From NCBI GenBank assembly GCA_002491565.1, contig DKWE01000060.1, forward strand, positions 15,688 to 79,687: DNA of 64,000 nucleotides. The letters run 5' to 3'. Shown piece after piece: positions 50,121 through 60,621 of this stretch (the stretch's first letter is position 1; the number at the start of each line of letters is the position of its first letter). A model generated the notes under the pieces. It was not told the DNA's origin and did no database searches. It saw only the letters and a program-made list of their open reading frames with translations. The stretch comes from Lachnospiraceae bacterium UBA7160. GTDB lineage: Bacteria > Bacillota > Clostridia > Lachnospirales > Lachnospiraceae. A program made the translations under genes and the position numbers.

Positions 50121-51605
50121 ATGCCAGTGTTTGATTTTAGCGAATCTCCAAAGGGGAATGGAGACGGCGTGTGTACCTATACGATTGTCCGGTCGGAGGA
50201 ACAGACGGCGACTGCGGAGCGGCCCATGCTGCTTCTGGATAATGCGAAGCGTGCGTGGAAGCACCATTCGTGCGGAATGTTTACGAATCCGGTCAAGCGT
50301 TCTTCCTTCGAATTTAAAGAGGAGGACGGGGTATACGCGGCAGACATTTTGCAGATTGACGCGCGCTTTGTGAGTCTGGTACGCTGGCTGGGAGAGAACC
50401 ATATCAGTGTCCGGCTGTCTGGACAGAACCGGGCGGATGGCTACGCAGTCTACAAGATCCGGGAGACAGCATTTGGCGGTGGGACGAAGCTCTCAGCTGA
50501 GGACGGATTCCTGCAGTTTATGATCGGGCGGCTATTATCCTGCAGCGCGCCATCGGAGGAACAGGATGAGGACGAAGAGGAAGAAACTGCGGATCACATG
50601 AAGCTGACCAGCCTGCAGAGCATCACAGACTTCATGACCTGTGCGGGCAGGACGCTTCCGGACAATATCAGGCTGTGGGCGCGTCGGAATCTGGCGGTTG
50701 CCCGGTCAAATGAGGTATCTCCGGAGGAGCGTCGTCATGCGCAGCGCGCTCTTTCCATCATGATGAATATTCAGTGGAAGCATCAGTACTTTGAATCCAT
50801 CGACCCGAAGGAGGCCCGCCGGATTCTGGACGAGGAGCTCTACGGGCTTGAGCGGGTGAAGCAGCGCATCATCGAGACGGTGATCCAGATCAACCGGACC
50901 CATACGCTTCCTGCTTACGGGATTCTGCTTGTTGGACCGGCAGGGACCGGGAAGTCACAGATCGCCTACGCAGTAGCGCGAATCCTCAAGCTGCCGTGGA
51001 CGACTCTGGATATGAGTTCGATCCACGACCCGGAGCAGCTGACCGGCAGTGCGCGTGTCTATGCAAATGCGAAGCCAGGGATTATCCTGGAAGCATTTCT
51101 GGCAGCCGGCGAATCCAATCTTGTCTTCATTATCAATGAGCTGGACAAGGCATCCTCCGGCAAGGGAAGCGGGAATCCGGCGGATGTACTGCTGACGCTG
51201 CTGGACAATCTCGGCTTTACTGACAATTACATGGAGTGCATGGTGCCGACTTCGGGTGTTTACCCGATTGCGACCGCCAATGACAAGGAGAGGATCAGCG
51301 CGCCACTTATGTCGCGGTTTGCGGTCATCGATATCCCGGACTATACTCCGGAAGAAAAAAGGATTATTTTCTCCAGGTTTGCGCTGCCCAGAGTGCTACA
51401 GCGGATGGGACTGCATGAGGACGAGTGTATCATTGCGCCGGACGGTCTTGACGAGGTAATTCGCTATTATGCGGGCACGACAGGAATTCGCGGGCTGGAG
51501 CAGGCGGCAGAGCACATCGCAGCAAACGCGCTCTACCGGATCGAGGTAAGCGGCGTTCGTTCTGTGACTTACGATGCGGTGATGGTGCGGGAATTGCTCG
51601 CGTAG
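50121..51605 (+). CDS. Lon-like AAA+ ATPase without a protease domain
   Basis: ARRILDEELYGLERVKQRI, GPAGTGKS, FIINELDK, IATAN, PLMSRF, GIRGLEQ align with the Lon AAA module; ORF ends after it. Confidence 0.8.
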   Translation: MPVFDFSESPKGNGDGVCTYTIVRSEEQTATAERPMLLLDNAKRAWKHHSCGMFTNPVKRSSFEFKEEDGVYAADILQIDARFVSLVRWLGENHISVRLSGQNRADGYAVYKIRETAFGGGTKLSAEDGFLQFMIGRLLSCSAPSEEQDEDEEEETADHMKLTSLQSITDFMTCAGRTLPDNIRLWARRNLAVARSNEVSPEERRHAQRALSIMMNIQWKHQYFESIDPKEARRILDEELYGLERVKQRIIETVIQINRTHTLPAYGILLVGPAGTGKSQIAYAVARILKLPWTTLDMSSIHDPEQLTGSARVYANAKPGIILEAFLAAGESNLVFIINELDKASSGKGSGNPADVLLTLLDNLGFTDNYMECMVPTSGVYPIATANDKERISAPLMSRFAVIDIPDYTPEEKRIIFSRFALPRVLQRMGLHEDECIIAPDGLDEVIRYYAGTTGIRGLEQAAEHIAANALYRIEVSGVRSVTYDAVMVRELLA

Positions 51606-51783
51606 AGCTTGATCCCCTGTTGTTTGCGGGGGGCATATGATTTGGATATAGGTATGCAATATGCAAATTGTTTGGCTTATAAAGTTTCACGTCTTTTACA
51701 GACAGTATGAGCAGCTTGCTGGCAGTTCGTCTGTCTGCCAGACAGACGGGGGGCTTTTATAGTAATAGAAAGGAAGGTATCAT

Positions 51784-53280
51784 ATGAAAGCATCAAAGAA
51801 TTACAAGTTTTGGTTTGCGACCGGGTCGCAGGATCTTTATGGGGATGAATGCCTCCGGAAAGTAGCGGAGCACTCGAAAATCATCGTTGAGAAGCTCAAT
51901 GCTTCCGGTGTGCTGCCGTATGAAGTCGTCTGGAAGCCGACCCTGATCACGAATGAGGTCATCCGCCGCACATTTAATGAGGCGAATGCAGACGAGGAGT
52001 GCGCTGGCGTCATCACCTGGATGCACACTTTCTCACCGGCGAAGTCCTGGATCCTGGGCCTGCAGGAGTTCCGCAAGCCGCTGCTGCACCTTCATACACA
52101 GTTTAATGAGGAGATCCCATACGATACCATCGATATGGACTTCATGAACGAGAACCAGTCCGCACACGGCGACCGTGAGTACGGCCACATTGTGACACGC
52201 ATGGGCATCGAGCGCAAGGTCATCGTCGGACATTGGAATGACCGCCGCGTGCAGGAGCGGATCGCGTCCTGGATGCGCACAGCGATCGGTATCATGGAGA
52301 GCAGCCATATCCGTGTGATGCGTATTGCGGACAACATGCGCAACGTAGCCGTGACCGAGGGCGACAAGGTTGAGGCTCAGATTAAGTTCGGCTGGGAGAT
52401 CGACGCATATCCGGTCAACGAGATCGCAGAGGCGGTTCAGGCTGTTGGCAAAGCAGATGTCGATACACTGGTAGAAGAATATTACGACAAGTATGAAATT
52501 CTCCTGGAGGGCAGAGATGCGCAGGAGTTCCGCAGACATGTAGCAGTACAGGCGCAGATCGAGATCGGCTTTGAGCGTTTCCTGGAGGAAAAGAATTATC
52601 AGGCGATCGTGACGCACTTCGGAGATCTCGGCGCTCTGCAGCAGCTTCCGGGATTGGCGATCCAGCGCCTGATGGAGAAGGGCTATGGATTTGGCGGAGA
52701 GGGTGACTGGAAGACAGCGGCAATGGTGCGTCTGATGAAGATCATGACACAGAATGTACCGAACGCAAAGGGAACCTCTTTCATGGAGGATTACACCTAC
52801 AATCTCGTTCCAGGCAAGGAAGGCGTATTGGAGGCGCATATGCTTGAGGTTTGCCCGACCATCGCGGACGGCCCGGTCAAGATCAAGGTAAATCCGCTTT
52901 CCATGGGCAACCGGGAGGATCCGGCGCGTCTCGTATTCACATCGAAGGAAGGACCGGCGATTGCCACCTCTCTGATCGATATGGGCAATCGTTTCCGCCT
53001 GATCATCAATAGTGTGGACTGCAAGAAGCCGGAAAAGGAGATGCCAAAGCTTCCGGTAGCGACCGCGTTCTGGACGCCGCAGCCGGATCTGGCGACTGGC
53101 GCTGAGGCGTGGATTCTGGCAGGCGGCGCGCACCACACCGCATTCTCCTACGATCTGACCGCGGAGCAGATGGGCGACTGGGCGGCAGCGATGGGCATCG
53201 AGGCAGTCTTTATCGACAAAGATACGACCATCCGCAGCCTGAAGAATGAGCTGAGATGGAATTCTATCTATTATAGATAG
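51784..53280 (+). CDS. araA: L-arabinose isomerase
   Basis: GSQDLYG, WMHTFSPAK, GFGGEGDWK, HMLEVCP, GGAHHT. Confidence 0.96.
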   Translation: MKASKNYKFWFATGSQDLYGDECLRKVAEHSKIIVEKLNASGVLPYEVVWKPTLITNEVIRRTFNEANADEECAGVITWMHTFSPAKSWILGLQEFRKPLLHLHTQFNEEIPYDTIDMDFMNENQSAHGDREYGHIVTRMGIERKVIVGHWNDRRVQERIASWMRTAIGIMESSHIRVMRIADNMRNVAVTEGDKVEAQIKFGWEIDAYPVNEIAEAVQAVGKADVDTLVEEYYDKYEILLEGRDAQEFRRHVAVQAQIEIGFERFLEEKNYQAIVTHFGDLGALQQLPGLAIQRLMEKGYGFGGEGDWKTAAMVRLMKIMTQNVPNAKGTSFMEDYTYNLVPGKEGVLEAHMLEVCPTIADGPVKIKVNPLSMGNREDPARLVFTSKEGPAIATSLIDMGNRFRLIINSVDCKKPEKEMPKLPVATAFWTPQPDLATGAEAWILAGGAHHTAFSYDLTAEQMGDWAAAMGIEAVFIDKDTTIRSLKNELRWNSIYYR

Positions 53281-53342
53281 GATCAGAGGCTTTTTCAACT
53301 ATCCTCTGGAATGATACTTTACTGGAAAAATAAATAGCAATA

Positions 53343-53448
53343 GAAGAGGGTGTTGCAGAACTGCCGGAATCTACATTCTATGGTATATAACCGCTCGGTT
53401 ACACTACCAGAGTTTGTGGCCTTGGAGTATTTTGCAGCACCCTCTTTC
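53343..53448. repeat. About 105-bp long-hairpin / MITE-like element
   Basis: Terminal inverted repeats GAAGAGGGTGTTGCAGAA / TTTTGCAGCACCCTCTTTC with internal TGGTA..TAACC/GGTTA..TACCA stem. Confidence 0.55.
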
Positions 53449-53589
53449 CCTATCATTTCTGTCAGTGATCAAATTTTGGAAAATACACAAAAAGTTGAAC
53501 CTGTTACTCTATTATTTTTCGGCTTTGCAAATGCGAATAAAATGGATATAATGGAGTCCGGAATTATGTTTGGAAAGAATGGAGAAGCT

Positions 53590-54099
53590 ATGAAAAATAA
53601 CATTTTTTTAATTGGTTTCATGGGAGCAGGGAAATCTTCTGTAGCACATGTTCTGCATCGCAGGTATGGGAAGCGGCTGATTGAGATGGACGAGCAGATC
53701 GAGAAACAGGAGGGCCGAAAGATATCTGAGATCTTTGCGTCGGACGGGGAAGCGTACTTTCGCGGGCTGGAGACTGCGCTGCTGCGCGCTCTGGAGGGAG
53801 AGAGGGATGTGGTTGTCTCGTGCGGAGGAGGCGTTCCTCTGCGCTCGTGCAACGTAGAAGCAATGCGCGAAAGCGGCTGCATTGTATATCTCGCCGCGCG
53901 CCCGGAGACCATCTACGAACGTGTCAGGGATTCGCACAACCGTCCGCTTCTGGAGGGGAATATGTCTGTTTCCTACATACGCACGCTCATGGAAAAACGG
54001 CTTCCGGCATATCTCGCTGCTGCGGATGTGACCATTGAAACTGACGGCAAGTCTATGGGGACAATTGCAGCCGAGATTGTCCGGGCAATTGCACAGTAA
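53590..54099 (+). CDS. aroK: Shikimate kinase
   Basis: NIFLIGFMGAGKS, GEAYFR, SCGGG, RPLL. Confidence 0.93.
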   Translation: MKNNIFLIGFMGAGKSSVAHVLHRRYGKRLIEMDEQIEKQEGRKISEIFASDGEAYFRGLETALLRALEGERDVVVSCGGGVPLRSCNVEAMRESGCIVYLAARPETIYERVRDSHNRPLLEGNMSVSYIRTLMEKRLPAYLAAADVTIETDGKSMGTIAAEIVRAIAQ

Positions 54100-54281
54100 C
54101 CAATCACCTTCTGTATATTTTTGGCATTTTAGTCTGGAATTGTGCTTTTTTGTATGGTAAGATATACAGATAGAGGGGAATGGAAGGTGTGCGGAGCTAT
54201 TCTGCATGCTGCACTCCATTGATATTTGAGCGTGGAATGCACTGAGAGAAAAGGGAGTCAGGCTGGAAAGGGTTGCAGAGG

Positions 54282-57200
54282 ATGGACAGACAGAAAGAAC
54301 AGCTAATCATAAAGGCGATATCAGACAGCTATATGTCGATGCATCTGCTTGATATGAAGAAGGGCACTTATGAAGAACTGTACGCAGTTCCTGCGATACA
54401 TCAGGAGCTGGACGGGCGCGGGCAGGTCAGGGAGACATTTAAGACGATGCTCGGCCATCTGGTCCGGAGCGAGAATTTACAGGAAGTGCTGGAATATATG
54501 GATTTAGAGGTTCTGGGCAGGAATATCCGTGACGGCGGCAAGAAAGAATGTGAATTTCTCAGTGTCTACGGAGGGTGGCGCAGGCTGCGTCTTTTGCCTG
54601 TATCCTGGGCGGAGGATGGGACTCCTGCGACCGGAATTCTGATGATTGAGTGTATCGACGAAGAAAAAGAACGCGAGTCAGAGTACCGGAAGCGCCTGGA
54701 GGATGCCATCCGGTTGAACGAGCGATTGAAATATGTCGATGAGCTGACAGGCTGTCTGAATAAGCAGGGCTTTTTTTCCTGGGTAAAAAAGAAGCTGAAG
54801 AAGCATCCTGAACGGCAATATGTGGTTTGCTACAGCGATATCAGCAACTTAGGCTATGTCAACAGCACCTCCGGCTATGAAATTGGCAATCAGCTTCTCC
54901 GCAGATGGGCTGCCTATATGAAGGAATCTCTCGCGGAGGATGAGACCTTTGCGCGTATTTCCGGCGACTGTTTTGCCACGTTTCTGCGGATGGATAATGC
55001 AGGACGCAAGCAGGAGATCGAGGAGCTCTATGAAAAAGTAAGTAAACAGGTCAATGATTATTTCCAGCAGTTTGACCGTCATTTCTATGTCAATATATAT
55101 ACCGGGATCTATATGATTACGCAGAAGGATCTTCTGGACTTCTCAGTGGAACGGATGCTGAACAGCGCCGCGATTGCGCAGAAGAATGCCAAAGATACCG
55201 GCGGAAACAAGATCTCTTATTTCAACAATGATCAGTGGGAAAGGCGGTGGCGCAACATCGCCATCAAGCAGCACCTGTCTTCTGCCATCGAGGACGGCGA
55301 GATCGAGGCGTGGATCCAGCCGCAGTATGACTACCAGGCGAATAAGATTATCGGTGCGGAAGTATTGTGCAGGTGGAACAGCTCCTTTATGGGGAAGATT
55401 TCCCCGGCAGAATTTATCCCGGTGTTGGAGGAGAGCGGCCAGGTATTCGAACTGGATCTGTTCATGTGGGAGCAGGCGTGCAAATTTATGCGCAAATGTC
55501 TGGATAAGGAGGGCTGTGAACTGGTGCCGCTTTCTGTAAATATTTCCAGACGTGATATCATGGAGGAAAATCTCGGGGATTGTCTGCAGTCGCTGCTGAA
55601 AAAGTATGATCTGAGCCCGGAAGTCCTCCGGCTGGAAATCACAGAAAGCGCCTATATGAAGGAGCCTGAGAAACTGATTGAGCGTGTGCAGGAGCTGCAG
55701 AATATGGGCTTCATCATTGAGATGGACGATTTCGGCAGCGGATATTCTTCTCTGAATATGCTCAAAGAGGTGCCGGTCGATATTTTGAAGATGGATTTGC
55801 ACTTCCTTGCCCACAACGGACAGGGACGCAGGGGCGGCGGCAATATTATCAGCTCTGTCATCCGTCTCGCACAGGGGCTCAACATCGCGGTGATTGCAGA
55901 AGGCGTTGAGACAATGGAGCAGTCGGATCTGCTGAAGAATATGGGCTGCTTTATGATGCAGGGGTATTATTTTGCGAAGCCAATGCCGATGAAATCTTTT
56001 GAGGAGCTTCTCCAGACGGAGGAGACAGGCAAGATGCGCGGCAAGTTTGTGGATGACAATCTTGTCTATATTTATGACATCATGGATACGGACAGCAAGA
56101 GCTCCTACATTTTTAATCATTTCAGCAATGCGTCGGCCGTGCTGGAATTTGACGGGGATCATGTGGAACTCATGTGTGTCAATGATGAGTATCTGCATAC
56201 TCTTGGGGATTATGAGGGAATCAGCAGGCAGCATATGAAGGACGGACTGTACCTCGTGCAGGAGGAGGACCGGGCGCTTGTCAAGGAAGCGATATACGAG
56301 TCAATTGAGAAAGGACGCGCAGAGTGCGAGATTTTTCTGAAGCGGACAGCGCGCTGGGTGCGTGTGACGCTGCGGCATGTATTTAAGAGCCGCTCAGCAG
56401 ATTACTTTTTCTGCGAAGTGGTGAATACGACAGAGGAGCATCGTCTGACTGTGCAGCTTAACAATCTGATGGAGGAAGTCAACAAGCAGATCAATCTGCT
56501 TCCGGTCGGCGCATTCCGCTATGAGGCGGATGGAAAGCAGGAGTTTGCGTTTATCAGCGACGGCATGCTCTCCCTGCTAAAGTATCCGACGGTAGAGGCA
56601 TTCCGCCGGAAATTTCACAATAACTTTCCGGAGATGATCTGCGCAGAAGACCGCGAGCGTGTGCTGCGGGAAATCGATGAGCAGATCGCGTGCACCGGCA
56701 GCTATGATTACTGCGAGTACCGTATTGAGACTGGAGATGGGACGCTGAAATGGGTGTACGACCATGGACGGCTTCTGACCGATGAAAACGGGAAAAAGTG
56801 GTTCTACGTTGTGATCGCGGATCTGGATCAGGTGAAACGGGAACGGCAGGAGAAGCTCTGGCAGGAGAAGAAATATCAGACGCTCGCGATGGTGCCGGGC
56901 GTGAACATGTTTGAGTATGACTGGGAAAGCGACTGCCTGCGGATGGACATGGTCAAAAAGAACGGTCGGCCGCGCACGATTTCTATAGAGCACTATCTGG
57001 AGCAAATGGATGCGTGCGGCTGGGCGGCAAAGGAGACAACGGAGGTCATTCGCAAGGCGTTTGAGGAGGCATCCCAGAAAGTCGTAAGCGGATCGTTCCG
57101 GTACGATGGACGCTTTGAAGGCGAGGAAATGCGGAATTACCGGTGCTTCTATGCAAGTGTTGCCGACGAGAACGGGAAAATTATCCGGATCGTCGGAAAT

Positions 57201-57722
57201 GCGGCGAATATTGAGCAGGAGGCGCGGGAGATGTCTGGGTGGCGCGAACGTGCGCTGCGTGACAATATGACGGGGCTTTTGAATCATGATGCGACCATAG
57301 AGGCAATCCAGAGGCTGCTGTCGATCCACAGGGGCGGCGTGCTGATGATGCTGGATGTGGATAACTTCAAGCAGATTAATGATACGAGGGGACATTTGTT
57401 CGGCGATAAGGTGTTGAAGCAGATTGCAGGGCTTTTGGCAGAAAAATTCCGCAAGACGGATGTCGTTGGCCGGTTCGGCGGGGACGAGTTCGCCATTTTC
57501 CTGCCGGAGGTGGGCGACCGTGATTTCGCTGCGGAGAAAGGACAGGAGGTTGCCGAGGCGCTGAAGAGTATCGAGATTGCGGAAAACAGGACAGTACATG
57601 TGAGCATTGGCATTGCGGTAGATGATACCGGCGAAATTTCTGCGGAGAAGCTGCTGAATCAGGCAGATACGCTGTTGTATGACGCGAAGGCAAAGGGGAA
57701 AAACTGCATACGAATGGAATAA
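54282..57722 (+). CDS. Soluble c-di-GMP enzyme: degenerate GGDEF, EAL, PAS, intact GGDEF
   Basis: SGDCF; EVLCRW and DDFGSGYSSL; PAS-like EDRERV..EYRI..KWVYDHG; RKTD-VVGRF-GGDEF; start 54282 or 54273. Confidence 0.9.
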   Translation: MDRQKEQLIIKAISDSYMSMHLLDMKKGTYEELYAVPAIHQELDGRGQVRETFKTMLGHLVRSENLQEVLEYMDLEVLGRNIRDGGKKECEFLSVYGGWRRLRLLPVSWAEDGTPATGILMIECIDEEKERESEYRKRLEDAIRLNERLKYVDELTGCLNKQGFFSWVKKKLKKHPERQYVVCYSDISNLGYVNSTSGYEIGNQLLRRWAAYMKESLAEDETFARISGDCFATFLRMDNAGRKQEIEELYEKVSKQVNDYFQQFDRHFYVNIYTGIYMITQKDLLDFSVERMLNSAAIAQKNAKDTGGNKISYFNNDQWERRWRNIAIKQHLSSAIEDGEIEAWIQPQYDYQANKIIGAEVLCRWNSSFMGKISPAEFIPVLEESGQVFELDLFMWEQACKFMRKCLDKEGCELVPLSVNISRRDIMEENLGDCLQSLLKKYDLSPEVLRLEITESAYMKEPEKLIERVQELQNMGFIIEMDDFGSGYSSLNMLKEVPVDILKMDLHFLAHNGQGRRGGGNIISSVIRLAQGLNIAVIAEGVETMEQSDLLKNMGCFMMQGYYFAKPMPMKSFEELLQTEETGKMRGKFVDDNLVYIYDIMDTDSKSSYIFNHFSNASAVLEFDGDHVELMCVNDEYLHTLGDYEGISRQHMKDGLYLVQEEDRALVKEAIYESIEKGRAECEIFLKRTARWVRVTLRHVFKSRSADYFFCEVVNTTEEHRLTVQLNNLMEEVNKQINLLPVGAFRYEADGKQEFAFISDGMLSLLKYPTVEAFRRKFHNNFPEMICAEDRERVLREIDEQIACTGSYDYCEYRIETGDGTLKWVYDHGRLLTDENGKKWFYVVIADLDQVKRERQEKLWQEKKYQTLAMVPGVNMFEYDWESDCLRMDMVKKNGRPRTISIEHYLEQMDACGWAAKETTEVIRKAFEEASQKVVSGSFRYDGRFEGEEMRNYRCFYASVADENGKIIRIVGNAANIEQEAREMSGWRERALRDNMTGLLNHDATIEAIQRLLSIHRGGVLMMLDVDNFKQINDTRGHLFGDKVLKQIAGLLAEKFRKTDVVGRFGGDEFAIFLPEVGDRDFAAEKGQEVAEALKSIEIAENRTVHVSIGIAVDDTGEISAEKLLNQADTLLYDAKAKGKNCIRME

Positions 57723-58011
57723 ACGATTGCAGTTTAACAATCAGGCAGGGAGGCATGTCCACTTCTCTGGATATTGGCTGAGCTGATATGGAACAATAGA
57801 AGTATAGATGGGAAGAAATGGTGCATACTAAACAGAGAGTCATCTTGTTAAGGTTTGGCTGGCCTGGCCCGGGAGTAAGTCTGGATGTATCGGAGGGAGT
57901 TAGACGGGCTTTTCCAGGCAGAGGCTGGCTGGCCTGCAGCGTTATTTCAATATGGGGCGGCGGATTGCGCAGGGTGGAACGCCGTTTCCTAAAAGAAAAA
58001 GGAGACGTGTC

Positions 58012-60402
58012 ATGAAGGACAAAGTGTTTGGTGTACTCCAGCGGGTAGGGCGCAGCTTTATGCTGCCGATTGCGATTCTTCCGGTCGCTGGACTGCTGCT
58101 CGGACTGGGCAGTTCCTTTACGAATGAGACAACGATAGAGACGTACCGCCTGGGGCGGATTCTGGGAGATGGTACGGTGCTTCACGCGCTGCTGGTAATC
58201 ATGAATGAGGTCGGCAGCGCGATTTTTGACAATTTGCCGATTATTTTTGCGGTCGGTGTTGCGATTGGCATGGCGAAGCGGGAAAAGGAGGTTGCCGCTC
58301 TGTCAGCGCTGATTGCCTTTTTTGTGATGCACGTGGCGATCAATGGTATGCTGGTTCTGACCGGGCGGATCCTGGATGACGGATCGATTGCCCCGGAGGT
58401 GCTGGAGGGTACGATCGCATCTGCATGCGGCATCCCGACTCTTCAGATGGGCGTGTTCGGCGGTATCATAGTCGGAATCGGCGTGGCGTCGCTGCACAAT
58501 CGGTTTCATCGGATCGAGCTGCCGAGCGGGCTTTCCTTTTTCGGAGGTTCGCGGTTTGTTCCGATTATATCGACGCTGGTCTATCTGTTTGTCGGAATCC
58601 TCCTGTATTTTATATGGCCTGCGGTGCAGAATGGCATTTACGCGCTGGGGGGTCTCGTGACTGGGACAGGCTATTTTGGGACACTGATCTTCGGTATCGT
58701 AAAAAGGGCGCTGATCCCGTTCGGACTGCATCATGTCTTCTATATGCCGTTCTGGCAGACAGCAGTTGGCGGGACGATGGAGGTCGGCGGTCAGCTCGTA
58801 CAGGGCGGACAGAATATCTTTTTTGCTCAGCTTGCAGACGCGGCAAATATCACACATTTTTCTGCAGACGCGACAAGGTATTTTTCCGGTGAGTTTATTT
58901 TCATGATATTTGGCTTGCCGGGCGCAGCGCTTGCGATGTATCAGACCGCGCGTCCGGAGAAACGGCGGCAGGCGGGAAGCCTTCTGTTCTCTGCGTCGCT
59001 CGCCTGCATTTTCACAGGAATCACAGAGCCGCTGGAGTTTTCCTTCCTCTTTGTTGCACCGATACTGTTCGCGGTGCAGGTAATTCTGGCAGGAAGCGCC
59101 TACATGATCGCACATATGCTGAATATTGCAGTTGGGCTGACGTTCTCAGGCGGATTCATTGACCTGCTGCTGTTTGGAATCCTGCAGGGGAACGCGAAGA
59201 CGGGCTGGCTTCGGATTCTGCCGGTCGGTGCGGTGTATTTCCTGCTGTATTATCTGATTTTTCGGTATCTGATTCGCAAGTTCGATCTCAAGACACCGGG
59301 CCGTGAGGAAGAGGACGGTGAGACGCGGCTGTATACGAAAGCGGATGTCAATGCGAGAAGGAACGGTTCGCAGGGAACAGGGGCTGCTGGTGCGCAGGGC
59401 AGCGGGAACGTGCCGGAGGGTTATTCTGTTTCTGCGCAGATTGTCCGGGGGCTTGGCGGGGCGGCAAACATTGAGGATGTCGACTGCTGTGCGACGCGTC
59501 TGCGCTGCACGGTTGTAGATCCGTCGCTGGTCCAGACCCCGGTACTCAAGGGGACCGGAGCCTCCGGCGTACTGAACCGGGGGAAGGGAGTACAGATCAT
59601 TTATGGCCCGCAGGTCACGGTGATCAAGTCCAATCTGGAAGATTATCTTGCGTCCGGCATGGAGGAATATGAGCCGGAATCTGAGTGGGATGAAGGGCCG
59701 GTATTGGAAGCGGAGCATGGGGGGAGGCTTATGAAGCGAGTTTCGGAGCGGGAAACTGTAGGGAAAACGACACGGAGAGATGAACTGGACATGGATCTTG
59801 CAGAGCATGATGCGAGAGAGGGCGCTGGCAGCGAAGCGGCGGAGCCAGATGGCTCTGACACGTCGACATTGGGTGCAGACAGGCAGCACAGAGGGCACAT
59901 GGCACAAAGGAAGAATGGGCAGAATGAACAGAATAGAACAGCGCAGGGCGCCGGGATCGTTGTCTGCAGTCCAGTGACCGGAATTGCAGCCCCGCTTTCG
60001 ACCGCTCCGGATCCAGCGTTTGCCGAGGGAATGGTTGGAGACGGCGCAGTCGTCACACCAGAGGACCCGGTCATCTGTGCGCCGGACGACGGGAAAGTCG
60101 AGATGGTGTTTGCGACAAAGCACGCGGTTGGCTTCCGAACAGACTCCGGGCTGGAACTTCTGATCCATGTGGGAATCGATACCGTGCAGCTGAACGGCAA
60201 GGGCTTTGAGACGTTGGTGCGGGAGGGACAGCATGTCAAAAAGGGCACGCCGCTTCTGGTAGCGGATCTGGACTACCTGAAAGCATATGCACCTTCCACG
60301 GTCACTCCGGTTCTGTGCACTGGTCTTTTGGATGGCCAGCGGGTACGTCTGCTCGCGGACGGAGCAGTACGGGCAGGGGAGCCGCTGTTCGAGATTTACT
60401 GA
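58012..60402 (+). CDS. PTS glucose/maltose-family EIICBA
   Basis: LQRVGRSFMLPIA, PFGLHH, GITEPLEF, DCCATRLR, LIHVGIDTV. Confidence 0.93.
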   Translation: MKDKVFGVLQRVGRSFMLPIAILPVAGLLLGLGSSFTNETTIETYRLGRILGDGTVLHALLVIMNEVGSAIFDNLPIIFAVGVAIGMAKREKEVAALSALIAFFVMHVAINGMLVLTGRILDDGSIAPEVLEGTIASACGIPTLQMGVFGGIIVGIGVASLHNRFHRIELPSGLSFFGGSRFVPIISTLVYLFVGILLYFIWPAVQNGIYALGGLVTGTGYFGTLIFGIVKRALIPFGLHHVFYMPFWQTAVGGTMEVGGQLVQGGQNIFFAQLADAANITHFSADATRYFSGEFIFMIFGLPGAALAMYQTARPEKRRQAGSLLFSASLACIFTGITEPLEFSFLFVAPILFAVQVILAGSAYMIAHMLNIAVGLTFSGGFIDLLLFGILQGNAKTGWLRILPVGAVYFLLYYLIFRYLIRKFDLKTPGREEEDGETRLYTKADVNARRNGSQGTGAAGAQGSGNVPEGYSVSAQIVRGLGGAANIEDVDCCATRLRCTVVDPSLVQTPVLKGTGASGVLNRGKGVQIIYGPQVTVIKSNLEDYLASGMEEYEPESEWDEGPVLEAEHGGRLMKRVSERETVGKTTRRDELDMDLAEHDAREGAGSEAAEPDGSDTSTLGADRQHRGHMAQRKNGQNEQNRTAQGAGIVVCSPVTGIAAPLSTAPDPAFAEGMVGDGAVVTPEDPVICAPDDGKVEMVFATKHAVGFRTDSGLELLIHVGIDTVQLNGKGFETLVREGQHVKKGTPLLVADLDYLKAYAPSTVTPVLCTGLLDGQRVRLLADGAVRAGEPLFEIY

Positions 60403-60469
60403 TAGTTACAGGCTGGCTGAACTGCAACTTCACGAATGCATTTCTCGTTGGTTTAGACGAACTCCCCCA

Positions 60470-60498
60470 TTGAAAAATACACTTTCTTACAGTATAAT
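60470..60498 (+). promoter_or_regulatory. sigma70 promoter of the MATE gene
   Basis: TTGAAA-17-TATAAT. Confidence 0.65.
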
Positions 60499-60621
60499 AA
60501 GAAAGTGCGTGTACGCCGAAAGGGTGAAAATACTTTTCCTGTGCGTGAACAGCAACCAGTTTCTATATCGGTACGTGTGATGTGGACACGTACATTTGCA
60601 ATACGGGGAGGAATGAAAAAA

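Noticed and set aside
57723-58011. RAT antiterminator site upstream of the PTS gene
   Set aside because: No convincing RAT consensus with an overlapping terminator was found
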